DNA from: Eledone cirrhosa
Lineage: Eukaryota
Direction of reading: 5' to 3'
Assembly: GCA_964016885.1 (NCBI GenBank)
Contig: OZ024745.1
Location: forward strand, 60,140,001 to 60,204,000
DNA: 64,000 bases
The notes under the pieces were generated by a model, which saw nothing but the letters and a program-made list of their open reading frames with translations, was not told the origin of the DNA and ran no database searches. Positions 38,122 to 51,935 of this stretch are shown here, piece after piece; position 1 is the stretch's first letter, and each line of letters starts with the position of its first letter. The translations under genes and the position numbers were made by a program.

Positions 38122-41100
38122 GACTCTGAGTGAAAACCTCGACTTGGAGTGAAAACCTCGACTTGGAGTGAGAACCTCGACTTGGAGTGAGAACCTCGAC
38201 TTGGAGTGAAAACCTCGACTTGGAGTGAGAACCTCGACTTGGAGTGAAAACCTCGACTTGGAGTGAGAACCTCGACTTGGAGTGAGAACCTCGACTTGGA
38301 GTGAGAACCTCGACTTGGAGTGAGAACCTCGACTTGGAGTGAAAACCTCGACTTGGAGTGAGAACCTCGACTTGGAGTGAGAACCTCGACTTGGAGTGAA
38401 AACCTCGACTTGGAGTGAGAACCTCGACTTGGAGTGAGAACCTCGACTTGGAGTGAAAACCTCGACTTGGAGTGAAAACCTCGACTTGGAGTGAAAACCT
38501 CGACTTGGAGTGAGAACCTCGACTTGGAGTGAGAACCTCGACTTGGAGTGAGAACCTCGACTTGGAGTGAGAACCTCGACTTGGAGTGAGAACCTCGACT
38601 TGGAGTGAGAACCTCGACTTGGAGTGAAAACCTCGACTTGGAGTGAGAACCTCGACTTGGAGTGAGAACCTCGACTTGGAGTGAGAACGTCGACTTGGAG
38701 TGAGAACCTCGACTTGGAGTGAAAACCTCGACTTGGAGTGAAAACCTCGACTTGGAGTGAGAACCTCGACTTGGAGTGAGAACCTCGACTTGGAGTGAGA
38801 ACCTCGACTTGGAGTGAAAACCTCGACTTGGAGTGAGAACCTCGACTTGGAGTGAAAACCTCGACTTGGAGTGAGAACCTCGACTTGGAGTGAGAACCTC
38901 GACTTGGAGTGAAAACCTCGACTTGGAGTGAGAACCTCGACTTGGAGTGAGAACCTCGACTTGGAGTGAGAACCTCGACTTGGAGTGAAAACCTCGACTT
39001 GGTGCGAGAACCTCGACTTGGAGTTAAAACCTCGACTTGGAGTGAGAACCTCGACTTGGAGTGAAAACCTCGACTTGGAGTGAGAACCTCGACTTGGAGT
39101 GAGAACCTGGACTTGGAGTGGAAACCTCGACTTGGAGTGAAAACCTCGACTTGGAGTCAGAACCTCGACTTTGAGTGAAAACCTCGACTTGGGGTGAGAA
39201 CCTCGACTTGGAGTGAAAACCTCGACTTGGAGTGAGAACCTCGACTTGGAGTGAAAACCTCGACTTGGAGTGAAAACCTCGACTTGGAGTGAGAACCTCG
39301 ACTTGGAGTGGAAACCTCGACTTGTAGTGAAAACCTCGACTTGGAGTGAAAACCTCGACTTGGAGTGAAAACCTCGACTTTGAGTGAGAACCTCGACTTG
39401 GAGTGAGAACCTCGACTTGGAGTGAAAACCTCGACTTGGAGTGAGAACCTCGACTTGGAGTGAGAACCTCGATTTGGAGTGAGAACCTCGACTTGGAGTG
39501 AGAACCTCGACTTGGAGTGAAAACCTCGACTTGGATGTGAGAACCTCGACTTGGAGTGAAAACCTCGACTTGGAGTGAAAACCTCGACTTGGAGTGAAAA
39601 CCTCGACTTGGAGTGAGAACCTCGACTTGGAGTGAGAACCTCGACTTGGAGTGACAACCTCGACTTGGAGTGAAAACCTCGACTTGGAGTGAGAACCTCG
39701 ACTTGGAGTGAGAACCACGACTTGGAGTGAAAACCTCGACTTGGAGTGAGAACCTCGACTTGGAGTGAAAACCTCGACTTGGAGGGAAAACCTCGACTTG
39801 GAGTGAGAACCTCGACTTGGAGTGAGAACCTCGACTTGGAGTGAGAACCTCGACTTGGAGTGAGAACCTCGACTTGGAGTGAGAACCTCGACTTGGAGTG
39901 AAAACCTCGACTTGGAGTGAGAACCTCGACTTGGAGTGAGAACCTCGACTTGGAGTGAGAACCTCGATTTGGAGTGAGAACCTCGATTTGGAGTGAGAAC
40001 CTCGATTTGGAGTGAGAACCTCGATTTGGAGTGAGAACCTCGATTTGGAGTGAGAACCTCGACTTGGAGTGAAAACCTCGACTTGGAGTGAGAACCTCGA
40101 CTTGGAGTGAAAACCTCGACTTGGAGTGAAAACCTCGACTTGGAGTGAAAACCTCGACTTGGAGTGAAAACCTCGACTTGGAGTGAAAACCTCGACTTGG
40201 AGTGAGAACCTCGACTTGGAGTGAGAACCTCGACTTGGAGTGAAAACCTCGACTTGGAGTGAGAACCTCGACTTGGAGTGAAAACCTCGACTTGGAGTGA
40301 AAACCTCGACTTGGAGTGAAAACCTCGACTTGGAGTGAGAACCTCGACTTGGAGTGAGAACCTCGACTTGGAGTGAGAACCTCGATTTGGAGTGAGAACC
40401 TCGACTTGGAGTGAGAACCTCGACTTGGAGTGAGAACCTCGACTTGGAGTGAGAACCTCGACTTGGAGTGAGAACCTCGACTTGGAGTGAAAACCTCGAC
40501 TTGGAGTGAGAACCTCGACTTGGAGTGAAAACCTCGACTTGGAGTGAGAACCTCGACTTGGAGTGAAAACCTCGACTTGGAGTGAGAACCTCGACTTGGA
40601 GTGAGAACCTCGACTTGGAGTGAAAACCTCGACTTGGAGTGAGAACCTCGACTTGGAGTGAGAACCTCGACTTGGAGTGAGAACCTCGACTTGGAGTGAG
40701 AACCTCGACTTGGAGTGAAAACCTCGACTTGGAGTGAAAACCTCGACTTGGAGTGAAAACCTCGACTTGGAGTGAGAACCTCGACTTGGAGTGAAAACCT
40801 CGACTTGGAGTGAAAACCTCGACTTGGAGTGAAAACCTCGACTTGGAGTGAAAACCTCGACTTGGAGTGAAAACCTCGACTTGGAGTGAGAACCTCGACT
40901 TGGAGTGTAAACCTCGACTTGGAGTGTAAACCTCGACTTGGAGTGTAAACCTCGACTTGGAGTGTAAACCTCGACTTGGAGTGTAAACCTCGACTTGGAG
41001 TGAGAACCTCGACTTGGAGTGAAAACCTCGACTTGGAGTGAGAACCTCTACTTGGAGTGAAAACCTCGACTTGGAGTGTAAACTGCGACTTGGAGTGAGA

Positions 41101-41162
41101 ACCTCGACTTGGAGTGAAAACCTCGACTTGGAGTGTAAACTGCGACTTGGAGTGTAAACTGC

Positions 41163-41561
41163 GACTTGGAGTGTAATGTACAACTTGGAGCATAATGTAC
41201 AACTTGGAGCATAATGTACGACTTGGAGCATAATGTACGACTTAGAGTGTAATGTAGGACTTAGAGTGTAATGTAGGACTTAGAGTGTAATGTAGGACTT
41301 AGAGTGTAATGTAGGACTTAGAGTGTAATGTAGGACTAGGAGCATAATGTAGGACTAGGAGCATAATGTACGACTTGGAGTGTAATGTAGGACTTGGAGT
41401 GTAATGTAGGACTTGGAGTGTAAACTGCGAGTTGAAATATAAATTGCGACTTGGATTGTAAACCTTGACTTGCAGTGTATTGAACAACTTGGGGTGTATA
41501 CTGCGGCTTGGAGTGTAAACTGCGGCTCCAAATATAAACTACGACTTGCAGTGTCATATAT
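41163..41561. repeat. Diverged-monomer cassette 16
   Basis: Marker ORF at 41299..41487; variant GGCTCCAAAT. Confidence 0.95.
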
Positions 41562-44164
41562 GACTCTGAGTGAAAACCTCGACTTGGAGTGAAAACCTCG
41601 ACTTGGAGTGAGAACCTCGACTTGGAGTGAGAACCTCGACTTGGAGTGAAAACCTCGACTTGGAGTGAGAACCTCGACTTGGAGTGAAAACCTCGACTTG
41701 GAGTGAAAACCTCGACTTGGAGTGAGAACCTCGACTTGGAGTGAAAACCTCGACTTGGAGTGAGAACCTCGACTTGGAGTGAAAACCTCGACTTGGAGTG
41801 AAAACCTCGACTTGGAGTGAGAACCTCGACTTGGAGTGAGAACCTCGATTTGGAGTGAAAACCTCGACTTGGAGTGAGAACCTCGACTTGGAGTGAGAAC
41901 CTCGACTTGGAGTGAGAACATCGACTTGGAGTGAGAACCTCGACTTGGAGTGAGAACCTCGACTTGGAGTGAGAACCTCGACTTGGAGTGAGAACCTCGA
42001 CTTGGAGTGAGAACCTCGCCTTGGAGTGAGAACCTCGACTTGGAGTGAAAACCTCGACTTGGAGTGAGAACCTCGACTTGGAGTGAGAACCTCGACTTGG
42101 AGTGAGAACCTCGACTTGGAGTGAAAACTTCGACTTGGAGTGAGAACCTCGACTTGGAGTGAGAACCTCGACTTGGAGTGAGAACCTCGACTTGGAGTGG
42201 AAACCTCGACTTGGAGTGAGAACCTCGACTTGGAGTGAGAACCTCGACTTGGAGTGAGAACCTCGACTTGGAGTGAGAACCTCGACTTGGAGTGAAAACC
42301 TCGACTTGGAGTGAGAACCTCGACTTGGAGTGAAAACCTCGACTTGGAGTGAGAACCTCGACTTGGAGTGAAAACCTCGACTTGGAGTGAGAACCTCGAC
42401 TTGGAGTGAGAACCTCGACTTTGAGTGAAAACCTCGACTTGGAGAGATAACCTCCACTTGGAGTGAGAACCTCGACTTTGAGTGAAAACCTCGACTTGGA
42501 GTGAGAACCTCGACTTTGAGTGAAAACCTCGACTTGGAGTGAGAACCTCGACTTGGAGTGAGAACCTCGACTTGGAGTGAGAACCTCGACTTGGAGTGGA
42601 AACCTCGACTTGGAGTGAGAACCTCGACTTGGAGTGAAAACCTCGACTTGGAGTGAGAACCTCGACTTGGAGTGAAAACCTCGACTTGGAGTGAAAACCT
42701 CGACTTGGAGTGAAAACCTCGACTTGGAGTGAGAACCTCGACTTGGAGTGAAAACCTCGACTTGGAGTGAGAACCTCGACTTGGAGTGAAAACCTCGACT
42801 TGGAGTGAGAACCTCGACTTGGAGTGAAAACCTCGACTTGGAGTGAGAACCTCGACTTGGAGTGAGAACCTCGACTTTGTGTGAAAACCTCGACTTGGAG
42901 AGAGAACCTCGACTTGGAGTGAGAACCTCGACTTTGAGTGAAAACCTCGACTTGGAGTGAGAACCTCGACTTTGAGTGAAAACCTCGACTTGGAGTGAGA
43001 ACCTCGACTTGGAGTGAAAACCTCGACTTGGAGTGAAAACCTCGACTTGGAGTGAGAACCTCGACTTGGAGTGAGAACCTCGACTTGGAGTGAAAACCTC
43101 GACTTGGAGTGAGAACCTCGACTTGGAGTGAGAACCTCGACTTGGAGTGAGAACCTCGACTTGGAGTGAGAACCTCGACTTGGAGTGAGAACCTCGACTT
43201 GGAGTGAGAACCTCGACTTGGAGTGAGAACCTCGACTTGGAGTGAAAACCTCGACTAGGAGTGAGAACCTCGACTTGGAGTGAGAACCTCGACTTGGAGT
43301 GAGAACCTCGACTTGGAGTGAGAACCTCGACTTGGAGTGAGAACCTCGACTTGGAGTGAGAACCTCGACTTGGAGTGAGAACCTCGACTTGCAGTGAAAA
43401 CCTCGACTTGGAGTGAGAACCTCGACTTGCAGTGAAAACCTCGACTTGGAGTGAGAACCTCGACTTGCAGTGAAAACCTCGACTTGGAGTGAGAACCTCG
43501 ACTTGCAGTGAAAACCTCGACTTGGAGTAAGAACCTCGACTTGGAGTGAAAACCTCGACTTGGAGTGAGAACCTCGACTTGGAGTGAAAACCTCGACTTG
43601 GAGTGAAAACCTCGACTTGGAGTGAAAACCTCGACTTGGAGTGAGAACCTCGACTTGGAGTGAAAACCTCGACTTGGAGTGAAAACCTCGACTTGGAGTG
43701 AGAACCTCGACTTGGAGTGAGAACCTCGACTTGGAGTGAGAACCTCGACTTGGAGTGTAAACTGCGACTCTGAGTGAAAACCTCGACTTGGAGTGAGAAC
43801 CTCGACTTGGAGTGAAAACCTCGACTTGGAGTGAGAACCTCGACTTGGAGTCAGAACCTCGACTTGGAGTCAGAACCTCAACTTGGAGTCAGAACCTCGA
43901 CTTGGAGTCAGAACCTCGACTAGGAGTCAGAACCTCGACTTGGAGTGAAAACCTCGACTTGGAGTGAAAACCTCGACTTGGAGTGAGAACCTCGACTTGG
44001 AGTGAGAACCTCGACTTGGAGTGAAAACCTCGACTTGGAGTGAGAACCTCTACTTGGAGTGAAAACCTCGACTTGGAGTGTAAACTGCGACTTGGAGTGA
44101 GAACCTCGACTTGGAGTGAAAACCTCGACTTGGAGTGTAAACTGCGACTTGGAGTGTAAACTGC

Positions 44165-44563
44165 GACTTGGAGTGTAATGTACAACTTGGAGCATAATGT
44201 ACAACTTGGAGCATAATGTACGACTTGGAGCATAATGTACGACTTAGAGTGTAATGTAGGACTTAGAGTGTAATGTAGGACTTAGAGTGTAATGTAGGAC
44301 TTAGAGTGTAATGTAGGACTTAGAGTGTAATGTAGGACTAGGAGCATAATGTAGGACTAGGAGCATAATGTACGACTTGGAGTGTAATGTAGGACTTGGA
44401 GTGTAATGTAGGACTTGGAGTGTAAACTGCGAGTTGAAATATAAATTGCGACTTGGATTGTAAACCTTGACTTGCAGTGTATTGAACAACTTGGGGTGTA
44501 TACTGCGGCTTGGAGTGTAAACTGCGGCTCCGAATATAAACTACGACTTGCAGTGTCATATAT
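44165..44563. repeat. Diverged-monomer cassette 17
   Basis: Marker ORF at 44301..44489. Confidence 0.95.
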
Positions 44564-46995
44564 GACTCTGAGTGAAAACCTCGACTTGGAGTGAAAACCT
44601 CGACTTGGAGTGAGAACCTCGACTTGGAGTGAGAACCTCGACTTGGAGTGAAAACCTCGACTTGGAGTGAGAACCTCGACTTGGAGTGAAAACCTCGACT
44701 TGGAGTGAAAACCTCGACTTGGAGTGAAAACCTCGACTTGGAGTGAGAACCTCGACTTGGAGTGAAAACCTCGACTTGGAGTGAGAACCTCGACTTGGAG
44801 TGAAAACCTCGACTTGGAGTGAAAACCTCGACTTGGAGTGAGAACCTCGACTTGGAGTGAGAACCTCGACTTGGAGTGAAAACCTCGACTTGGAGTGAGA
44901 ACCTCGACTTGGAGTGAGAACCTCGACTTGGAGTGAGAACCTCGACTTGGAGTGAGAACCTCGACTTGGAGTGAGAACCTCGACTTGGAGTGAAAACCTC
45001 GACTTGGAGTGAGAACCTCGACTTGGAGTGAGAACCTCGACTTGGAGTGAGAACCTCGACTTGGAGTGAAAACTTCGACTTGGAGTGAGAACCTCGACTT
45101 GGAGTGAGAAACTCGACTTGGAGTGAGAACCTCGACTTGGAGTGGAAACCTCGACTTGGAGTGAGAACCTCGACTTGGAGTGAGAACCTCGACTTGGAGT
45201 GAGAACCTCGACTTGGAGTGAGAACCTCGACTTGGAGTGAAAACCTCGACTTGGAGTGAGAACCTCGACTTGGAGTGAAAACCTCGACTTGGAGTGAGAA
45301 CCTCGACTTGGAGTGAAAACCTCGACTTGGAATGAGAACCTCGACTTGGAGTGAGAACCTCGACTTGGAGTGAGAACCTCGACTTGGAGTGAGAACCTCG
45401 ACTTGGAGTGAGAACCTCGACTTGGAGTGAGAACCTCGACTTGGAGTGAGAACCTCGACTTGGAGTGAAAACCTCGACTTGGAGTGAGAACCTCGACTTG
45501 GAGTGAGAACCTCGACTTGGAGTGAGAACCTCGACGTGGAGTGAGAACCTCGACTTGGAGTGAGAACCTCGACTTGGAGTGAAAACCTCGACTTGGAGTG
45601 AGAACCTCGACTTGGAGTGAAAACCTCGACTTGGAGTGAGAACCTCGACTTGGAGTGAGAATCTCGACTTGGAGTGAAAACCTCGACTTGGAGTGAAAAC
45701 CTCGACTTGGAGTGAAAACCTCGACTTGGAGTGAAAACCTCGACTAGGAGTGAGAACCTCGACTTGGAGTGAGAACCTCGACTTGGAGTGAGAACCTCGA
45801 CTTGGAGTGAGAACCTCGACTTGGAGTGAGAACCTCGACTTGGAGTGAGAACCTCGACTTGCAGTGAAAACCTCGACTTGGAGTGAGAACCTCGACTTGC
45901 AGTGAAAACCTCGACTTGGAGTGAGAACCTCGACTTGCAGTGAAAACCTCGACTTGGAGTGAGAACCTCGACTTGGAGTGAAAACCTCGACTTGCAGTGA
46001 AAACCTCGACTTGGAGTGAGAACCTCGACTTGGAGTGAAAACCTCGACTTGGAGTGAAAACCTCGACTTGGAATGAAGACCTCGACTTGGAGTGAGAACC
46101 TCGACTTGGAGTGAGAACCTCGACTTGGAGTGAGAACCTCGACTTGGAGTGAGAACCTCGACTTGGAGTGAGAACCTCGACTTGGAGTGTAAACTGCGAC
46201 TCTGAGTGAAAACCTCGACGTGGAGTGAGAACCTCGACTTGGAGTGAAAACCTCGACTTGGAGTGAGAACCTCGACTTGGAGTGAGAACCTCGACTTGGA
46301 GTGAAAACCTCGACTTGGAGTGAAAACCTCGACTTGGAGTGAAAACCTCGACTTGGAGTGAGAACCTCGACTTGGAGTGAAAACCTCGACTTGGAGTGAA
46401 AACCTCGACTTGGAGTGAGAACCTCGACTTGGAGTGAGAACCTCGACTTGGAGTGAGAACCTCGACTTGGAGTGTAAACTGCGACTCTGAGTGAAAACCT
46501 CGACTTGGAGTGAGAACCTCGACTTGGAGTGAAAACCTCGACTTGGAGTGAGAACCTCGACTTGGAGTCAGAACCTCGACTTGGAGTCAGAACCTCGACT
46601 TGGAGTCAGAACCTCGACTTGGAGTCAGAACCTCGACTTGGAGTCAGAACCTCGACTTGGAGTCAGAACCTCGACTTGGAGTGAAAACCTCGACTTGGAG
46701 TGAAAACCTCGACTTGGAGTGAGAACCTCGACTTGGAGTCAGAACCTCGACTTGGAGTGAAAACCTCGACTTGGAGTGAAAACCTCGACTTGGAGTGAGA
46801 ACCTCGACTTGGAGTGAGAACCTCGACTTGGAGTGAAAACCTCGACTTGGAGTGAGAACCTCTACTTGGAGTGAAAACCTCGACTTGGAGTGTAAACTGC
46901 GACTTGGAGTGAGAACCTCGACTTGGAGTGAAAACCTCGACTTGGAGTGTAAACTGCGACTTGGAGTGTAAACTGCGACTTGGAGTGTAAACTGC

Positions 46996-47394
46996 GACTT
47001 GGAGTGTAATGTACAACTTGGAGCATAATGTACAACTTGGAGCATAATGTACGACTTGGAGCATAATGTACGACTTAGAGTGTAATGTAGGACTTAGAGT
47101 GTAATGTAGGACTTAGAGTGTAATGTAGGACTTAGAGTGTAATGTAGGACTTAGAGTGTAATGTAGGACTAGGAGCATAATGTAGGACTAGGAGCATAAT
47201 GTACGACTTGGAGTGTAATGTAGGACTTGGAGTGTAATGTAGGACTTGGAGTGTAAACTGCGAGTTGAAATATAAATTGCGACTTGGATTGTAAACCTTG
47301 ACTTGCAGTGTATTGAACAACTTGGGGTGTATACTGCGGCTTGGAGTGTAAACTGCGGCTCCGAATATAAACTACGACTTGCAGTGTCATATAT
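46996..47394. repeat. Diverged-monomer cassette 18
   Basis: Marker ORF at 47132..47320; preceded by three rather than two GTAAACTGC monomers. Confidence 0.95.
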
Positions 47395-48610
47395 GACTCT
47401 GAGTGAAAACCTCGACTTGGAGTGAAAACCTCGACTTGGAGTGAGAACCTCGACTTGGAGTGAGAACCTCGACTTGGAGTGAAAACCTCGACTTGGAGTG
47501 AGAACCTCGACTTGGAGTGAAAACCTCGACTTGGAGTGAAAACCTCGACTTGGAGTGAGAACCTCGACTTGGAGTGAGAACCTCGACTTGGAGTGAAAAC
47601 CTCGACTTGGAGTGAAAACCTCGATTTGGAGTGAAAACCTCGACTTGGAGTGAGAACCTCGACTTGGAGTGAGAACCTCGACTTGGAGTGAGAACCTCGA
47701 TTTGGAGTGAGAACCTCGACTTGGAGTGAGAACCTCGACTTGGAGTGAGAACCTCGACTTGGAGTGAGAACCTCGACTTGGAGTGAGAACCTCGACTTGG
47801 AGTGAAAACCTCGACTTGGAGTGAGAACCTCGACTTGGAGTGAAAACCTCGACTTGGAGTGAGAACCTCGACTTGGAGTGAAAACCTCGACTTGGAGTGA
47901 GAACCTCGACTTGGAGTGAGAACCTCGACTTGGAGTGAAAACCTCGACTTGGAGTGAGAACCTCGACTTGGAGTGAGAACCTCGACTTGGAGTGAAAACC
48001 TCGACTTGGAGTGAAAACCTCGACTTGGAGTGAAAACCTCGACTTGGAGTGAGAACCTCGACTTGGAGTGAAAACCTCGACTTGGAGTGAGAACCTCGAC
48101 TTGGAGTGAAAACCTCGACTTGGAGTGAGAACCTCGACTTGGAGTGAAAACCTCGACTTGGAGTGAAAACCTCGACTTGGAGTGAGAACCTCGACTTGGA
48201 GTGAAAACCTCGACTTGGAGTGAGAACCTCGACTTGGAGTGAGAACCTCGACTTGGAGTGAAAACCTCGACTTGGAGTGAAAACCTCGACTTGGAGTGAA
48301 AACCTCGACTTGGAGTGAAAACCTCGACTTGGAGTGAGAACCTCGACTTGGAGTGTAAACCTCGACTTGGAGTGTAAACCTCGACTTGGAGTGTAAACCT
48401 CGACTTGGAGTGTAAACCTCGACTTGGAGTGTAAACCTCGACTTGGAGTGAGAACCTCGACTTGGAGTGAAAACCTCGACTTGGAGTGAGAACCTCTACT
48501 TGGAGTGAAAACCTCGACTTGGAGTGTAAACTGCGACTTGGAGTGAGAACCTCGACTTGGAGTGAAAACCTCGACTTGGAGTGTAAACTGCGACTTGGAG
48601 TGTAAACTGC

Positions 48611-48990
48611 GACTTGGAGTGTAATGTACAACTTGGAGCATAATGTACAACTTGGAGCATAATGTACGACTTGGAGCATAATGTACGACTTAGAGTGTAA
48701 TGTAGGACTTAGAGTGTAATGTAGGACTTAGAGTGTAATGTAGGACTTAGAGTGTAATGTAGGACTAGGAGCATAATGTAGGACTAGGAGCATAATGTAC
48801 GACTTGGAGTGTAATGTAGGACTTGGAGTGTAATGTAGGACTTGGAGTGTAAACTGCGAGTTGAAATATAAATTGCGACTTGGATTGTAAACCTTGACTT
48901 GCAGTGTATTGAACAACTTGGGGTGTATACTGCGGCTTGGAGTGTAAACTGCGGCTCCGAATATAAACTACGACTTGCAGTGTCATATAT
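48611..48990. repeat. Diverged-monomer cassette 19 (20 monomers)
   Basis: Marker ORF at 48728..48916; offset 237. Confidence 0.93.
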
Positions 48991-51536
48991 GACTCTGAGT
49001 GAAAACCTCGACTTGGAGTGAAAACCTCGACTTGGAGTGAGAACCTCGACTTGGAGTGAGAACCTCGACTTGGAGTGAAAACCTCGACTTGGAGTGAGAA
49101 CCTCGACTTGGAGTGAAAACCTCGACTTGGAGTGAAAACCTCGACTTGGAGTGAGAACCTCGACTTGGAGTGAAAACCTCGACTTGGAGTGAGAACCTCG
49201 ACTTGGAGTGAAAACCTCGACTTGGAGTGAAAACCTCGACTTGGAGTGAGAACCTCGACTTGGAGTGAGAACCTCGATTTGGAGTGAAAACCTCGACTTG
49301 GAGTGAGAACCTCGACTTGGAGTGAGAACCTCGACTTGGAGTGAGAACATCGACTTGGAGTGAGAACCTCGACTTGGAGTGAGAACCTCGACTTGGAGTG
49401 AGAACCTCGACTTGGAGTGAGAACCTCGACTTGGAGTGAGAACCTCGACTTGGAGTGAGAACCTCGACTTGGAGTGAAAACCTCGACTTGGAGTGAGAAC
49501 CTCGACTTGGAGTGAGAACCTCGACTTGGAGTGAGAACCTCGACTTGGAGTGAAAACTTCGACTTGGAGTGAGAACCTCGACTTGGAGTGAGAACCTCGA
49601 CTTGGAGTGAGAACCTCGACTTGGAGTGGAAACCTCGACTTGGAGTGAGAACCTCGACTTGGAGTGAGAACCTCGACTTGGAGTGAGAACCTCGACTTGG
49701 AGTGAGAACCTCGACTTGGAGTGAAAACCTCGACTTGGAGTGAGAACCTCGACTTGGAGTGAAAACCTCGACTTGGAGTGAGAACCTCGACTTGGAGTGA
49801 AAACCTCGACTTGGAGTGAGAACCTCGACTTGGAGTGAGAACCTCGACTTTGAGTGAAAACCTCGACTTGGAGAGAGAACCTCCACTTGGAGTGAGAACC
49901 TCGACTTTGAGTGAAAACCTCGACTTGGAGTGAGAACCTCGACTTTGAGTGAAAACCTCGACTTGGAGTGAGAACCTCGACTTGGAGTGAGAACCTCGAC
50001 TTGGAGTAAGAACCTCGACTTGGAGTGGAAACCTCGACTTGGAGTGAGAACCTCGACTTGGAGTGAAAACCTCGACTTGGAGTGAGAACCTCGACTTGGA
50101 GTGAAAACCTCGACTTGGAGTGAAAACCTCGACTTGGAGTGAAAACCTCGACTTGGAGTGAGAACCTCGACTTGGAGTGAAAACCTCGACTTGGAGTGAG
50201 AACCTCGACTTGGAGTGAAAACCTCGACTTGGAGTGAGAACCTCGACTTGGAGTGAAAACCTCGACTTGGAGTGAGAACCTCGACTTGGAGTGAGAACCT
50301 CGACTTTGTGTGAAAACCTCGACTTGGAGAGAGAACCTCGACTTGGAGTGAGAACCTCGACTTTGAGTGAAAACCTCGACTTGGAGTGAGAACCTCGACT
50401 TTGAGTGAAAACCTCGACTTGGAGTGAGAACCTCGACTTGGAGTGAAAACCTCGACTTGGAGTGAAAACCTCGACTTGGAGTGAGAACCTCGACTTGGAG
50501 TGAGAACCTCGACTTGGAGTGAAAACCTCGACTTGGAGTGAGAACCTCGACTTGGAGTGAGAACCTCGACTTGGAGTGAGAACCTCGACTTGGAGTGAGA
50601 ACCTCGACTTGGAGTGAGAACCTCGACTTGGAGTGAGAACCTCGACTTGGAGTGAAAACCTCGACTAGGAGTGAGAACCTCGACTTGGAGTGAGAACCTC
50701 GACTTGGAGTGAGAACCTCGACTTGGAGTGAGAACCTCGACTTGGAGTGAGAACCTCGACTTGGAGTGAGAACCTCGACTTGGAGTGAGAACCTCGACTT
50801 GCAGTGAAAACCTCGACTTGGAGTGAGAACCTCGACTTGCAGTGAAAACCTCGACTTGGAGTGAGAACCTCGACTTGCAGTGAAAACCTCGACTTGGAGT
50901 AAGAACCTCGACTTGGAGTGAAAACCTCGACTTGGAGTGAGAACCTCGACTTGGAGTGAAAACCTCGACTTGGAGTGAAAACCTCGACTTGGAGTGAAAA
51001 CCTCGACTTGGAGTGAGAACCTCGACTTGGAGTGAAAACCTCGACTTGGAGTGAAAACCTCGACTTGGAGTGAGAACCTCGACTTGGAGTGAGAACCTCG
51101 ACTTGGAGTGAGAACCTCGACTTGGAGTGTAAACTGCGACTCTGAGTGAAAACCTCGACTTGGAGTGAGAACCTCGACTTGGAGTGAAAACCTCGACTTG
51201 GAGTGAGAACCTCGACTTGGAGTCAGAACCTCGACTTGGAGTCAGAACCTCAACTTGGAGTCAGAACCTTGACTTGGAGTCAGAACCTCGACTTGGAGTC
51301 AGAACCTCGACTTGGAGTGAAAACCTCGACTTGGAGTGAAAACCTCGATTTGGAGTGAGAACCTCGACTTGGAGTGAGAACCTCGACTTGGAGTGAAAAC
51401 CTCGACTTGGAGTGAGAACCTCTACTTGGAGTGAAAACCTCGACTTGGAGTGTAAACTGCGACTTGGAGTGAGAACCTCGACTTGGAGTGAAAACCTCGA
51501 CTTGGAGTGTAAACTGCGACTTGGAGTGTAAACTGC

Positions 51537-51935
51537 GACTTGGAGTGTAATGTACAACTTGGAGCATAATGTACAACTTGGAGCATAATGTACGACTTGG
51601 AGCATAATGTACGACTTAGAGTGTAATGTAGGACTTAGAGTGTAATGTAGGACTTAGAGTGTAATGTAGGACTTAGAGTGTAATGTAGGACTTAGAGTGT
51701 AATGTAGGACTAGGAGCATAATGTAGGACTAGGAGCATAATGTACGACTTGGAGTGTAATGTAGGACTTGGAGTGTAATGTAGGACTTGGAGTGTAAACT
51801 GCGAGTTGAAATATAAATTGCGACTTGGATTGTAAACCTTGACTTGCAGTGTATTGAACAACTTGGGGTGTATACTGCGGCTTGGAGTGTAAACTGCGGC
51901 TCCGAATATAAACTACGACTTGCAGTGTCATATAT
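51537..51935. repeat. Diverged-monomer cassette 20
   Basis: Marker ORF at 51673..51861. Confidence 0.95.
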
